NCBI GenBank assembly: GCA_963787835.1
Contig: CAWBEI010000005.1
Span: 256,001-320,000, forward strand
Direction of reading: 5' to 3'
Length of the DNA stretch: 64,000 bases
DNA from: Ignavibacteriota bacterium
Lineage (GTDB): Bacteria; Bacteroidota; Ignavibacteria; Palsa-1295
In this document: positions 53,547 to 62,841 of the stretch, piece by piece
Layout of the letters: the number at the start of each line of letters is the position of its first letter
Numbering within the stretch: the first letter of the stretch is position 1
Notes under the pieces: generated by a model
What the model saw: the letters and a program-made list of their open reading frames with translations, nothing else
What the model was told of the DNA's origin: nothing
The model's database searches: none
Translations under genes and position numbers: made by a program

Positions 53547-55512
53547 GTCGCATTTTTTAATTATTACGCCGTTACTTCTCATAGCTGTGAGCTATGTGAA
53601 CGCACGCGCCCAACCGGAAGATACGATAAAGCGATTGCCGCCAAAATCGGTGGAAATAACCGCTCTGCGTCCAAGCGATCTCCCGGCAATTGATCCACGC
53701 CAGGTTGAAATAAAGCCTACGGATGAGCTTTTTCGGCAAACTGGCTCGATGATCGCTGCAGAAGCCTTAAATGCCATTTCTTCTTCGCTTGACATTCGGC
53801 AATATGGCTCACTCGGCTCGATCGCCTTGCCAAGTTTTCGCGGATTGCCTGAGGAATATACCATCGTTTATCGCGATGGTATTCGTGCCACGAATGAACA
53901 GCTTGGAGAGACCGATCTGGGACAGCTTACGTTGCATGGGATCTCGCATGTGGAATTAATTCCAGCATCGAGTGCTGTCTTGCTCGGCGGCGATGCGATC
54001 GGTTCAGCCATAAATCTTGTAAGTGAAATTCGTGATTCGAATGTGCTAACCGTTGGCACTGAACAGACGACGTATGATGGTTCCATCGGGTTACCAACGA
54101 ATTCCTATTATGCGAAGGCATCGATCAATCCTCTACCATCGCTTTCGATCGTCGCAGGAGGGTCGCTCGATCAATCGACGGGAGTGTTCCCATTTTATCA
54201 GGATTCGGCTCATCCGAATGTGCTTCGGGAGAATAACGATGCCGCGCTTCGGAGTGCAAATCTCGCGGCGTTATGGACAGCCTCCGATAACACAACCATC
54301 CGTTTTCTTGGTAATTATTTTTATGCGAATCGGGGTACGCCGGGAGCTGTCAATCCGGATGGTATATCTTCGCTTACAGCGCGGCAAACGGACGCTCAAA
54401 CATTCGGGGCGATCAAAGCAGATCATGATGATGGCCCGCTTGCTTCTACATTCTCACTTGCGTGGCAGCGCCAATTCGAAAGTTACCGCGATACAATCCA
54501 TGCGCAGAACGATAGTGCATGGAATAATCTGATCGATGCTTTTGAGCGTGCAAGTTATAAGATCGATCAAGCGATCGAGGCATTTGGCGGCATTGAGGAT
54601 GAGCACACGAGCCTCGCCGGAACGACGAATCATACCCCCAATGGTGATTCTATCATCGGCCGTTACCGAACCAGCGCGTACGGCGCAGCAAAAGTGCTTC
54701 CATTCGATAATGTAGATGTGAATGGCTCGCTGCGTCTTGAGAACATTTCCGATCTTTCTTTGACGGAACTTCTCCCACAAGCTGCGGTCAATTTTGCTCC
54801 GTTTCACGATCTTGTTTTTGGTGGAGCGTACAGCAGCAGTTTTCATGCTCCAACTCTGAATGATCTGTATTGGTTTGAGGGAGGGAACGCTAAGCTCAAG
54901 CCTGAACATGGAGAGAATTGGCAGTCATCCATCAGTTTCGAGCCGTATTGGAACTCATTCTCGACAAAATTTAGTGCTACCGGGTTCCTTGCTCACATTA
55001 ACAATGAAATTATTTGGGAGCCATATCTCGGTACGGAATGGACACCGATCAATGTGGGTGAAGTAGAATCGAAGGGAATAGAATTTCGTGCCAGCGCATC
55101 GGCGAATATAGATTCCAAAACGTCCCTGCACGTTGAAGAAAGTTACACATGGCTCGACGCAAAAAATATTACTCCTGGGGATTCGAACTACGGCAAAGAG
55201 CTTCAATATTCGTCTCCAACGCGCTCGCTGTTTATCGCCGAAATAGATAGGAGCGATTGGGGATCGCTAACGGTGCTTGCTCGGTATCGTGGCCATGAAT
55301 ATTCCGATCCCGCGAATACTCCCAGCGGGAAATTCCAACCGGTTACCACCTTCGATGTTAACATCAGCTCCAGAGAACTTACTTTTGAAGGCATTGGCCT
55401 GAAAATATTACTCGGAGTGGTCGATCTGACCAATGAGCATTATGAAGACATCATCAATTACCCGATCCCGGGCCGAACCTACCATTTTTCCATTGAACTA
55501 AATTACCATTAA
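53545..55512 (+). CDS. btuB: TonB-dependent cobalamin receptor (BtuB-like)
   Basis: Plug domain, FHAPTLNDLYW, KLKPE, YPIPGR; lies under the B12 riboswitch. Confidence 0.85.
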   Translation: MSHFLIITPLLLIAVSYVNARAQPEDTIKRLPPKSVEITALRPSDLPAIDPRQVEIKPTDELFRQTGSMIAAEALNAISSSLDIRQYGSLGSIALPSFRGLPEEYTIVYRDGIRATNEQLGETDLGQLTLHGISHVELIPASSAVLLGGDAIGSAINLVSEIRDSNVLTVGTEQTTYDGSIGLPTNSYYAKASINPLPSLSIVAGGSLDQSTGVFPFYQDSAHPNVLRENNDAALRSANLAALWTASDNTTIRFLGNYFYANRGTPGAVNPDGISSLTARQTDAQTFGAIKADHDDGPLASTFSLAWQRQFESYRDTIHAQNDSAWNNLIDAFERASYKIDQAIEAFGGIEDEHTSLAGTTNHTPNGDSIIGRYRTSAYGAAKVLPFDNVDVNGSLRLENISDLSLTELLPQAAVNFAPFHDLVFGGAYSSSFHAPTLNDLYWFEGGNAKLKPEHGENWQSSISFEPYWNSFSTKFSATGFLAHINNEIIWEPYLGTEWTPINVGEVESKGIEFRASASANIDSKTSLHVEESYTWLDAKNITPGDSNYGKELQYSSPTRSLFIAEIDRSDWGSLTVLARYRGHEYSDPANTPSGKFQPVTTFDVNISSRELTFEGIGLKILLGVVDLTNEHYEDIINYPIPGRTYHFSIELNYH

Positions 55513-55514
55513 TC

Positions 55515-56564
55515 ATGAAAAGCAAACTCCATTTCCTAATCATTGTGGCACTTCTTTCCACTACGCTTGCCGCATGTGAATCGCCATCGAATACCCCTGG
55601 TACCCCGATCACGGTGGTTCCATCGACCCGAACACTTTTTGCAGTGAGCGAAGGGGAATACACACATAATAACTCGACGCTCGATGCCGTTCTGTTCCGC
55701 GATTCGTCCAGTCACTATGATACGATCGACGATCATGGTGTGGTGACCGGTATGGGCGAAGGGAACGATATTCTGTTATGGGGGAATCGTGTGATCGTTC
55801 TCGATAATTATGCGAACAGCATTTATGTCGTGGACGCCGATTCACTCAAAAAGCTTGCGACGATCTCCATGGGAACCGATGGCCCCAATAAAATGGTGCT
55901 CATTCGCCCGAACCTGCTGCTCGTCACGCGGCGTAACCAAAACAGCGCCGCAATCATCAATCTTACGACCAACTCCATTGAAGATACGGTCACCTTAGGC
56001 GAGCCAAGCATTGCCGTCGCGGTTTTGGATAACAAAGCATTTATTACCGGCGGCACGTACAATACGATCGGGCATTTGCATGTAATTGATCTTACATCGC
56101 TTCAGCAAATCTCATCCACGGTGATCCTTACTGATCCGGAACGAGCGGTAGCCGATAGCGCATCGGGGCAGATCATTCTCGGATGCGATGGCATCTATCA
56201 AACTGTTTCGCCGCGCATTTATTGGGTCAATGCCACGACCAATGCGTTAGTCGATTCTGTCAATGCACTAACGGATAGCGCCTCTATTACCTTCACCACC
56301 GGCGGACGTGTAAGCCTGATCGAAAACGGCACGCTTCGAAGCATGGATAACGTAAATCATGTCGTTGGTACGCCGATCCTCTCGAATGCTACCCCATATT
56401 ATGATGGTTATTTCGATGCAACATCCAATGCGTATTATTTGGGTAATCCTGGCGATTATACGAACAACGGAACCATCGATGCATACAACGCCTCGACGGG
56501 AGCATTGCTGTGGTCGCGGCCAGCCGGAATCGCACCTGCACATTTCGCGTTCTACAACCCATAA
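55515..56564 (+). CDS. Beta-propeller surface lipoprotein (BtuG/YncE-like)
   Basis: Lipobox LAAC; SEGEY...N; GDYTNNG; GIAP; in the btuB operon. Confidence 0.75.
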   Translation: MKSKLHFLIIVALLSTTLAACESPSNTPGTPITVVPSTRTLFAVSEGEYTHNNSTLDAVLFRDSSSHYDTIDDHGVVTGMGEGNDILLWGNRVIVLDNYANSIYVVDADSLKKLATISMGTDGPNKMVLIRPNLLLVTRRNQNSAAIINLTTNSIEDTVTLGEPSIAVAVLDNKAFITGGTYNTIGHLHVIDLTSLQQISSTVILTDPERAVADSASGQIILGCDGIYQTVSPRIYWVNATTNALVDSVNALTDSASITFTTGGRVSLIENGTLRSMDNVNHVVGTPILSNATPYYDGYFDATSNAYYLGNPGDYTNNGTIDAYNASTGALLWSRPAGIAPAHFAFYNP

Positions 56565-56576
56565 TACAATTCGAAC

Positions 56577-57122
56577 ATGAATCAATATCGTGAACAAGCT
56601 CTTCTCGCGGGACTTTTAGTGGTCTTCGCGATCGCGACGCGCATCATTTTCAATATGCTGCACGTCTATAATTTCAATGCCGTGATGGCTGCGGGGCTTT
56701 TTGCCGGAGCGTATCTCGGTTCGCGCCGCATGGGGCTCGTCATTCCATTCATTGCGATGCTTATTACCGATGCGGTGATCGGTTTCTATGACTGGAAGCT
56801 GATGGCAGTCGTTTATGCGTCTTTTGGTATTGCGGTTCTACTCGGAAAGTTCTATGTGAAGGATGCAACGCTGTTGCGCTGGATCGGCTCGGTGCTTGGC
56901 GGTTCGCTGACGTTCTTCGTGGCCACAAATTTCGCAGTGTGGCTCTTCGGGGATGGATCGTTCTATCCACACACACTTGCTGGACTCGGTCAGTGCTTTA
57001 CGATGGCGATTCCTTTCTACCGGAGTTCATTTCTCGGCGATCTGACATGGAGCGCCGTGCTTTTTGGCGGATATGAACTATTGAAGCTGAGCCTCCAGAA
57101 AAGAATACCGGTCGCGGGATAA
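56577..57122 (+). CDS. DUF6580/BtuM-like membrane transport protein
   Basis: NF...GLFAG, FFVATNFAVW, YPHTLAGL..C...AIPF. Confidence 0.8.
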   Translation: MNQYREQALLAGLLVVFAIATRIIFNMLHVYNFNAVMAAGLFAGAYLGSRRMGLVIPFIAMLITDAVIGFYDWKLMAVVYASFGIAVLLGKFYVKDATLLRWIGSVLGGSLTFFVATNFAVWLFGDGSFYPHTLAGLGQCFTMAIPFYRSSFLGDLTWSAVLFGGYELLKLSLQKRIPVAG

Positions 57123-57147
57123 CCGATCAATGGAAAATGATAATTTT

Positions 57148-57181
57148 GAAGGCTCTCGCAAATAGTGAGGGCCTTCTTTTT
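57148..57181 (+). terminator. Intrinsic terminator
   Basis: GAAGGCTCTCGC-AAATA-GTGAGGGCCTTC followed by T5. Confidence 0.8.
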
Positions 57182-57322
57182 GACTGGGATTTATGAGATT
57201 TGATGGGGATTTTTGGGAATGATGAAAATAGGAATTCTTTTATGAAAAACGATACCTTTACAACCAACGGCGAGAGCAACGAAGAGTCTCCTTCATCCTT
57301 CATCCATCACGCATCACCGACA

Positions 57323-58444
57323 ATGCTGCCTTCATCCTTGCCCATCCGTCTCGTTCTGGAAAATGGAGCCGTCTTTCGGGGCAGTGCATTCGGCGCGCTC
57401 GATGTCCGGCGCAATACGGGGGAAGTGGTTTTTACCACAAGCATCACCGGTTATCAGGAAATTCTCACGGATCCATCCTACGCCGGGCAGATCGTTACCA
57501 TGACGAATCCGCTCATGGGGAACTACGGCGCGAATGCTGAAGACTTAGAATCCTGGAAACCATTTGTGTCCGGGTTTGCAGTGCGCGAGAATGCCGAACG
57601 TTATTCCAACTGGCGCGCTACGGAAAGCCTGGATAAATTCCTTGCTCAAAATGGAATTTTGGGAATCGAACAGATCGATACACGCCGGCTTGTCCGTTTG
57701 TTGCGCAGCGAGGGCGCGATGCGTGGAGTGCTTTCAACCGAAGGGCTCTCGGATACAGAACTGGTCGAGATCGCACGGCAAAGCCCGAAGATGGATGGCC
57801 TCGATCTCACCAAAGGCGTAACGACTGTCGGAACGTATGACATGGAAACCCCTCTCCTTACCAAGGAGAGGGGCAGGGGAGAGGTCGCGCATGTTGTTGT
57901 GATCGACTACGGCATCAAGCAAAACATCTTGCGCAAGCTCGTCGATCACGGAGCGCGGCTGACGGTTATGCCTTCTACCACAACGCTCGAACAGATCCTC
58001 GAGCAAAAGCCCGATGGAATTTTTCTCTCGAACGGCCCCGGCGATCCCGATGCGGTGAAGGATACCATCGCGATGCTGAAAAAGCTCATTAAACTCGAAG
58101 AGCATCCGATCTTTGGGATTTGTTTGGGGCATCAACTGCTTTCGCTGGCGTTGGGAGGAAATACGTACAAGTTAAAGTTCGGTCATCGCGGCGCGAACCA
58201 CCCTGTGAAGAATTTGCTGTCCGATAAGATAGAGATCACTTCCCAAAATCACGGCTTTGCGGTGGATTGGAAGACCATGCCGAAGGACTGCGAACTTACG
58301 CACCTGAACCTGAACGATCAAACCGTGGAAGGTTTTCGCCACACCAAACTCCCGATCTTTGCCGTGCAATACCACCCCGAAGCCTCGCCCGGCCCGCACG
58401 AAAGCGATTATTTATTCGGGCAGTTTATGGAGGGGATGAAATAA
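57323..58444 (+). CDS. carA: Carbamoyl-phosphate synthase small subunit
   Basis: GYQEILTDPSY, LSNGPGDP, GICLGHQ, QYHPE. Confidence 0.97.
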   Translation: MLPSSLPIRLVLENGAVFRGSAFGALDVRRNTGEVVFTTSITGYQEILTDPSYAGQIVTMTNPLMGNYGANAEDLESWKPFVSGFAVRENAERYSNWRATESLDKFLAQNGILGIEQIDTRRLVRLLRSEGAMRGVLSTEGLSDTELVEIARQSPKMDGLDLTKGVTTVGTYDMETPLLTKERGRGEVAHVVVIDYGIKQNILRKLVDHGARLTVMPSTTTLEQILEQKPDGIFLSNGPGDPDAVKDTIAMLKKLIKLEEHPIFGICLGHQLLSLALGGNTYKLKFGHRGANHPVKNLLSDKIEITSQNHGFAVDWKTMPKDCELTHLNLNDQTVEGFRHTKLPIFAVQYHPEASPGPHESDYLFGQFMEGMK

Positions 58445-58499
58445 TCGGGAATTTTATATTTAGAAAATAATTATTTGATGGATTGCTAATGGTAGATTA

Positions 58500-58524
58500 G
58501 GAACGAGGGGGGGGGGGGGACGTT
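58500..58524 (+). promoter_or_regulatory. Putative ECF promoter with a G13 tract in the spacer
   Basis: GGAAC-GA(G13)A-CGTT, a 16-nt spacer. Confidence 0.55.
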
Positions 58525-58536
58525 GGTTTCAGTATC

Positions 58537-59214
58537 ATGTGTAAAACTTGTAATAACGAAACACCAAATCAACCTATGAATCCAAATCACAGATCACTTA
58601 GTATTCAGTCGTGGTTCGATCTCGTCGTGATGCCGACGATGGATCCGAGAAGCATTATTCAGACCGCATCGTTTGAAGATCAGGGTGGCACCATGCGTGC
58701 TGCTTCATTCCTCCGTAGCATGGACTGGTTTGTGTCAGCAACATGGATCAATCCGAACTTGTCGGTCACTGTTCCTGCGGCGGGCCTGATTCCTAACGTA
58801 ACGGTTCCAAATGTGTATGATTTCGCATCCATTGAAGACGCGAACGCTTGGAACACGCTTCATCAGATGGTCGCGCCAAGCCCGTTGACTCTTCCGATTG
58901 CTGTGCAAAAGATCATGTTCCTAAAAGCTGGTACCGCGTTTGTGAATAATCTCTATCTGGATTGGAAAGCGGGAATCACTGCCACGAGTGTGGAACTCAG
59001 CTTTCGGGATAACTCTGCCACGAGCGGTGATTTCCAGAACGCCGCAGCCGGAACGGTGCCAGCATTTGTTTTCCCATCAACTGCAACCTATGGCGGTTTA
59101 GGGAGAAATCTGCAAGTGACATTGCTACGAACCGGACGTTTTATCGTGGGGCTTCGCATTGTTGATAGCACCGGCAGCCCCAGCATGTTCGAAATGGAAT
59201 GGATCGTCGAATAA
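58537..59214 (+). CDS. Hypothetical beta-rich protein
   Basis: 225-aa ORF, first of three closely spaced genes. Confidence 0.75.
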   Translation: MCKTCNNETPNQPMNPNHRSLSIQSWFDLVVMPTMDPRSIIQTASFEDQGGTMRAASFLRSMDWFVSATWINPNLSVTVPAAGLIPNVTVPNVYDFASIEDANAWNTLHQMVAPSPLTLPIAVQKIMFLKAGTAFVNNLYLDWKAGITATSVELSFRDNSATSGDFQNAAAGTVPAFVFPSTATYGGLGRNLQVTLLRTGRFIVGLRIVDSTGSPSMFEMEWIVE

Positions 59215-59227
59215 GGAGACTTAAACC

Positions 59228-60130
59228 ATGGCTGTAGCACGACAGAACGGGACAACCCCGCTTCCTGCACTTCCGACGCGGATTTTACCGCCGGCATCTC
59301 CGTTTGGCGTAATACCGGGTTCTGGAAGAACTCCACTTCCAGGTTCGTTGCCGCCGATGCATCCCCTTGATGCGGAGCCAGATCCGAGCGGGGGTGGTGA
59401 TGATTGTGAATGCGGCTCGATATCCTCTCCAATCTCTCTCGACGGCGGGGGGGGGGAGGACAATAATAATGTAACATGCCTTCCTTGTGACGATTGGGGC
59501 GGGGGCTTTAGCATAGGTGGGCCGCCAGGTGGGGGGCCAGGTCCAACTGGGCCGCGAAGCGGTGGAACTGGTTCAACGGGAGGCTCAACTGGAGGTTCAA
59601 CGGGCGGATCCGGAGGCTCTGGAGGGGGTAATTCAAATCAAGAGACGATTCAGCAGATAGAGGCGATAGCTGCTGCAATACTTGCACTATATAACCCATC
59701 AACTCGACTTGGGAAGATTGTTCAGCAACTTTTAGGGCAAGCTCTGACGAGCAACGATCCTGGAACACTGAATCAAATCCTCTTCTATCTAAGCACGGTT
59801 AATACAATTATTAAAACTGCGGGTTTATTAGGACCTGTAGTCACTGAAGCATTAGCCACTCTTTTGGAGATTGCGACAGAGGGTGGATTGGCAGCTGGAG
59901 AAATAAGCCTCCTTTTTGAGCTGTTTTCAAATCCATATGTTGACGGTTTTTTGGCATTCATTACACTAGTCCAGGGTGTTCATGCACTTTCACAGTTGGC
60001 TGTGCCATTCTTAACTGGCCTTTTGAACAGTATGTTCGATGAAATTAATAAATTAATTAATAAGCTAGGCAACACACCACCAATGAAGAAGGCAATGCAA
60101 GATTTATATAACTGGATAATGTACCATTAA
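59228..60130 (+). CDS. Hypothetical protein: Pro-rich region, CxC...CxxC, Gly/Ser linker and hydrophobic helical C-domain
   Basis: AAGGAG RBS; modular composition visible in the translation. Confidence 0.75.
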   Translation: MAVARQNGTTPLPALPTRILPPASPFGVIPGSGRTPLPGSLPPMHPLDAEPDPSGGGDDCECGSISSPISLDGGGGEDNNNVTCLPCDDWGGGFSIGGPPGGGPGPTGPRSGGTGSTGGSTGGSTGGSGGSGGGNSNQETIQQIEAIAAAILALYNPSTRLGKIVQQLLGQALTSNDPGTLNQILFYLSTVNTIIKTAGLLGPVVTEALATLLEIATEGGLAAGEISLLFELFSNPYVDGFLAFITLVQGVHALSQLAVPFLTGLLNSMFDEINKLINKLGNTPPMKKAMQDLYNWIMYH

Positions 60131-60145
60131 CTTTTTTCCTTTCAA

Positions 60146-61000
60146 GTGCGTTTTTTATCTCTAACTTGGTTCTATGTAACTATTCTTTGTACTTGCGTGA
60201 TTTATTCAGCTTGCACAAAGGCTCAGCTTGCTATGGTATCCCCTTGGCAAGGCAGTGGAATATCCCCAAATCCGACCCCGCTTGTAAAGGCTATTCTAAG
60301 TAATAATCGTGAAGAAATCCTCAGCATCCTCGATACAGGTGCAAGTCCCAATCAGATTAGTAGTGATACCGCCGACCAATTTGGGAATCCTCTTCAAGTC
60401 CTTCCACCACTCTCTTGGGCTGTGAGTGGACTTATAGTCTGTGACACATTAGTTCTTAAAATGTTGATCGATCACGGCGCGGATGTTAATGGGTTAGATT
60501 CTCTCCTTGCATCAAGGTCTGAACTTCCATATTCGCCTATTAATGTAGCCATTCTTCACGGAGAAACTGTCGCTACTGAGTTTCTCTTAAGACACGGTGC
60601 GAATCCAAACATATTTGACCCACCCAAAGTCTGGTTTGGGCTATCTCCGCTTATTGGAGCAATTTTTAATAGAGATGTACAATTGGGGAGAACTGGACAA
60701 TTGCTAGACCAAAATAAATTTGGCGATACGTCGAGTGCTAATCGAATGCGCGTATATGACACAATAATTACTTACCTTCTAAAATACGGCGCCTCCCCAT
60801 CGCTCGCTGAACCGAGTGGTAAAACCCCCCTTCACGCCGCCGCAGAATACTGTGATTCTGCACTGGCAGAAGAACTAATAGCTCGTGGTGCTTCAATAGA
60901 AGCGAAAGACAATCAAGGTAACACACCTGAAGACCTTGCAAAGAAGAATTGCCCAGCCGTTCTTGCAGTAATTCAAAGACATAAAAATTCTACCAAATAA
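60146..61000 (+). CDS. Exported ankyrin-repeat protein
   Basis: Hydrophobic N-terminus; LIDHGADVN, LLRHGANPN, GKTPLHAAA, GNTP. Confidence 0.9.
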   Translation: MRFLSLTWFYVTILCTCVIYSACTKAQLAMVSPWQGSGISPNPTPLVKAILSNNREEILSILDTGASPNQISSDTADQFGNPLQVLPPLSWAVSGLIVCDTLVLKMLIDHGADVNGLDSLLASRSELPYSPINVAILHGETVATEFLLRHGANPNIFDPPKVWFGLSPLIGAIFNRDVQLGRTGQLLDQNKFGDTSSANRMRVYDTIITYLLKYGASPSLAEPSGKTPLHAAAEYCDSALAEELIARGASIEAKDNQGNTPEDLAKKNCPAVLAVIQRHKNSTK

Positions 61001-61029
61001 AAAAGGCCGGGTAAAAACCCGGCCTTTTC
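61000..61029. terminator. Bidirectional terminator
   Basis: AAAAAGGCCGGGT-AAAA-ACCCGGCCTTTT between convergent genes. Confidence 0.9.
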
Positions 61030-61045
61030 TATCGCGAGAATATTT

Positions 61046-61666
61046 TTACTGCACTTTCAGCAGTTCGACATCGAAGATGAGTGTCGAGTTAGCGGGAATG
61101 GTTGGGGGCATACCGCGCTGGCCGTAGGCCATGTTCGGCGGGCAGATGAGGCGGCGTTTTCCGCCAACCTTCATGCCGAGAATTCCTTCGTTCCAGCCTT
61201 CAATAACTCGTCCGGGAATCTGCGTGGTGAAGGGCTGAACGTGGTTGAACTTCGGATCAACGTTGGAATCGAATTTGGTGCCGTTCATGAGCATACCGGT
61301 ATAATTTACGCTGACCGTTTGTCCTTTGGTGACTGCGGCTCCGGTACCGATCTTGGTATCGATGTATTCGAGTCCTGAAGGTGATTTGACGGTGTCGCCG
61401 ACCTTTTCGGGGGCAGCGGTTTCCATTGTGGCAGGTGCTGGCGCGGCGGTTGGCTGTGCTGCCGTCGGCTGGCTTGATTCGGAGGTAGTTGATGCTGATG
61501 ACATAGGTTGATTTGGATCGATCGTTTGTGAGCTTGCTGCTGGAGTTTGTGAATTATCGGATTTTGCACAGCCCGCGTAGGAAACTGCGCTGATGGAAAG
61601 GGAAATGAGAGCGGCAACAACAGCTCCCTGACTGCGTCTGGACGTGAACATGGTTGGAATTTTCAT
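61046..61666 (-). CDS. FKBP-type peptidyl-prolyl isomerase lipoprotein
   Basis: VNYTG...KFDS, VIEGWNEG, IPANSTLIFDVEL. Confidence 0.95.
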   Translation of the reverse strand: MKIPTMFTSRRSQGAVVAALISLSISAVSYAGCAKSDNSQTPAASSQTIDPNQPMSSASTTSESSQPTAAQPTAAPAPATMETAAPEKVGDTVKSPSGLEYIDTKIGTGAAVTKGQTVSVNYTGMLMNGTKFDSNVDPKFNHVQPFTTQIPGRVIEGWNEGILGMKVGGKRRLICPPNMAYGQRGMPPTIPANSTLIFDVELLKVQ

Positions 61667-62823
61667 TGATTGTATAAACGTGTTAGTTCTTCTTTTTTAG
61701 CTTCTTCGAACAGTTTTTGGTAACTCGAGTAACGGTCGATCGAGATCTTATCGTCCTCGACGGCTTGCCGGACCGCACAGCCCGGCTCGTGGATGTGTGA
61801 ACAATTGGTTATTGCGCAACGCTCCTGAAATTTCTGGAATTCCACAAAGGCGAATTTCAGGTTCTGTGGATCAAGTTCGAAGTTTGCGAATTCACGAACG
61901 CCGGGGGTATCGGCGATAAACGTATCTGGTATCCCTTCGACGGCTCGAAGCATGCTCGAAGCCGTGGTATGAGCACCGCCTTTGAATTTCCGTTGGAGGG
62001 AGCCTGTCTGAGCTGCTTCGCGGCCCAGAATGGCATTTACGATAGAGCTTTTGCCTACGCCGGAGTGTCCGGCGAACACGCTCGTTTTCCCGGCGATCTC
62101 CTCTTTTAGCTCTGAAATGCCTGTTCCAAGCGTTGCAGAGACGAGATAAACTGGGTAGCCTATTTCCTGATAAACATCACTAAAATAGCGCGCTTCATCC
62201 ATTTCAGCAGCCGGTGCGCTATCGATCTTGTTAATGGCGATGACAATATCAAGCCCGCCCTCGACTCCGGCAACAACATAGCGGTCGATGATGCCGGAGC
62301 GAAGCTTCGGCTCGCCCACGCTTGCCACAATGACGAGCAGATCGACATTCGATACGACTACCTGCTCGAAGCTATCGCGCCTCCCGGCCGCACGCCTTGA
62401 AAGTTTGGTGCGGCGTGGCAGGACTTCTTCGATCAAATAATCGGCATTGTTTCCATTTTCATTCTCGAACAGGGATGGATGCTCGATTCGAACTTCGTCC
62501 CCGATAGCGACGAGTGTGGAATTCGGGTTAGCGCTGCGAGTCCCTTTGTAGGTTCGTGCTCGAATTTCGGTGCCATCTTCCGTTTGGAGCACGTAATAGA
62601 TGCCCTCGGTGGTGATTACCCGATAGGGCGCCGCGAGTTGATTTTCTTGTGTCGGCGATAGTGGGCTATGCTCACGCTTTTTGGAAAGCTTACGGCGCGC
62701 GGAATTGCGATCCTCATGGGCGCCGCGAATTTGCTCGCGGGCAGGGCCGTCGTAGTCCTGTTCGGACGTCTTTGGATTGTAAGATGTATGCAGTATGTTG
62801 TATGAACGGGGAACGCACAGCAT
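61663..62823 (-). CDS. rsgA: Ribosome small subunit-dependent GTPase A (start uncertain)
   Basis: NKID, GHSGVGKS, HTT, DTPG, C-x4-C-x-H-x5-C. Confidence 0.95.
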   Translation of the reverse strand: MLCVPRSYNILHTSYNPKTSEQDYDGPAREQIRGAHEDRNSARRKLSKKREHSPLSPTQENQLAAPYRVITTEGIYYVLQTEDGTEIRARTYKGTRSANPNSTLVAIGDEVRIEHPSLFENENGNNADYLIEEVLPRRTKLSRRAAGRRDSFEQVVVSNVDLLVIVASVGEPKLRSGIIDRYVVAGVEGGLDIVIAINKIDSAPAAEMDEARYFSDVYQEIGYPVYLVSATLGTGISELKEEIAGKTSVFAGHSGVGKSSIVNAILGREAAQTGSLQRKFKGGAHTTASSMLRAVEGIPDTFIADTPGVREFANFELDPQNLKFAFVEFQKFQERCAITNCSHIHEPGCAVRQAVEDDKISIDRYSSYQKLFEEAKKEELTRLYNQ

Positions 62824-62841
62824 TCATTTCATACTTCATAG

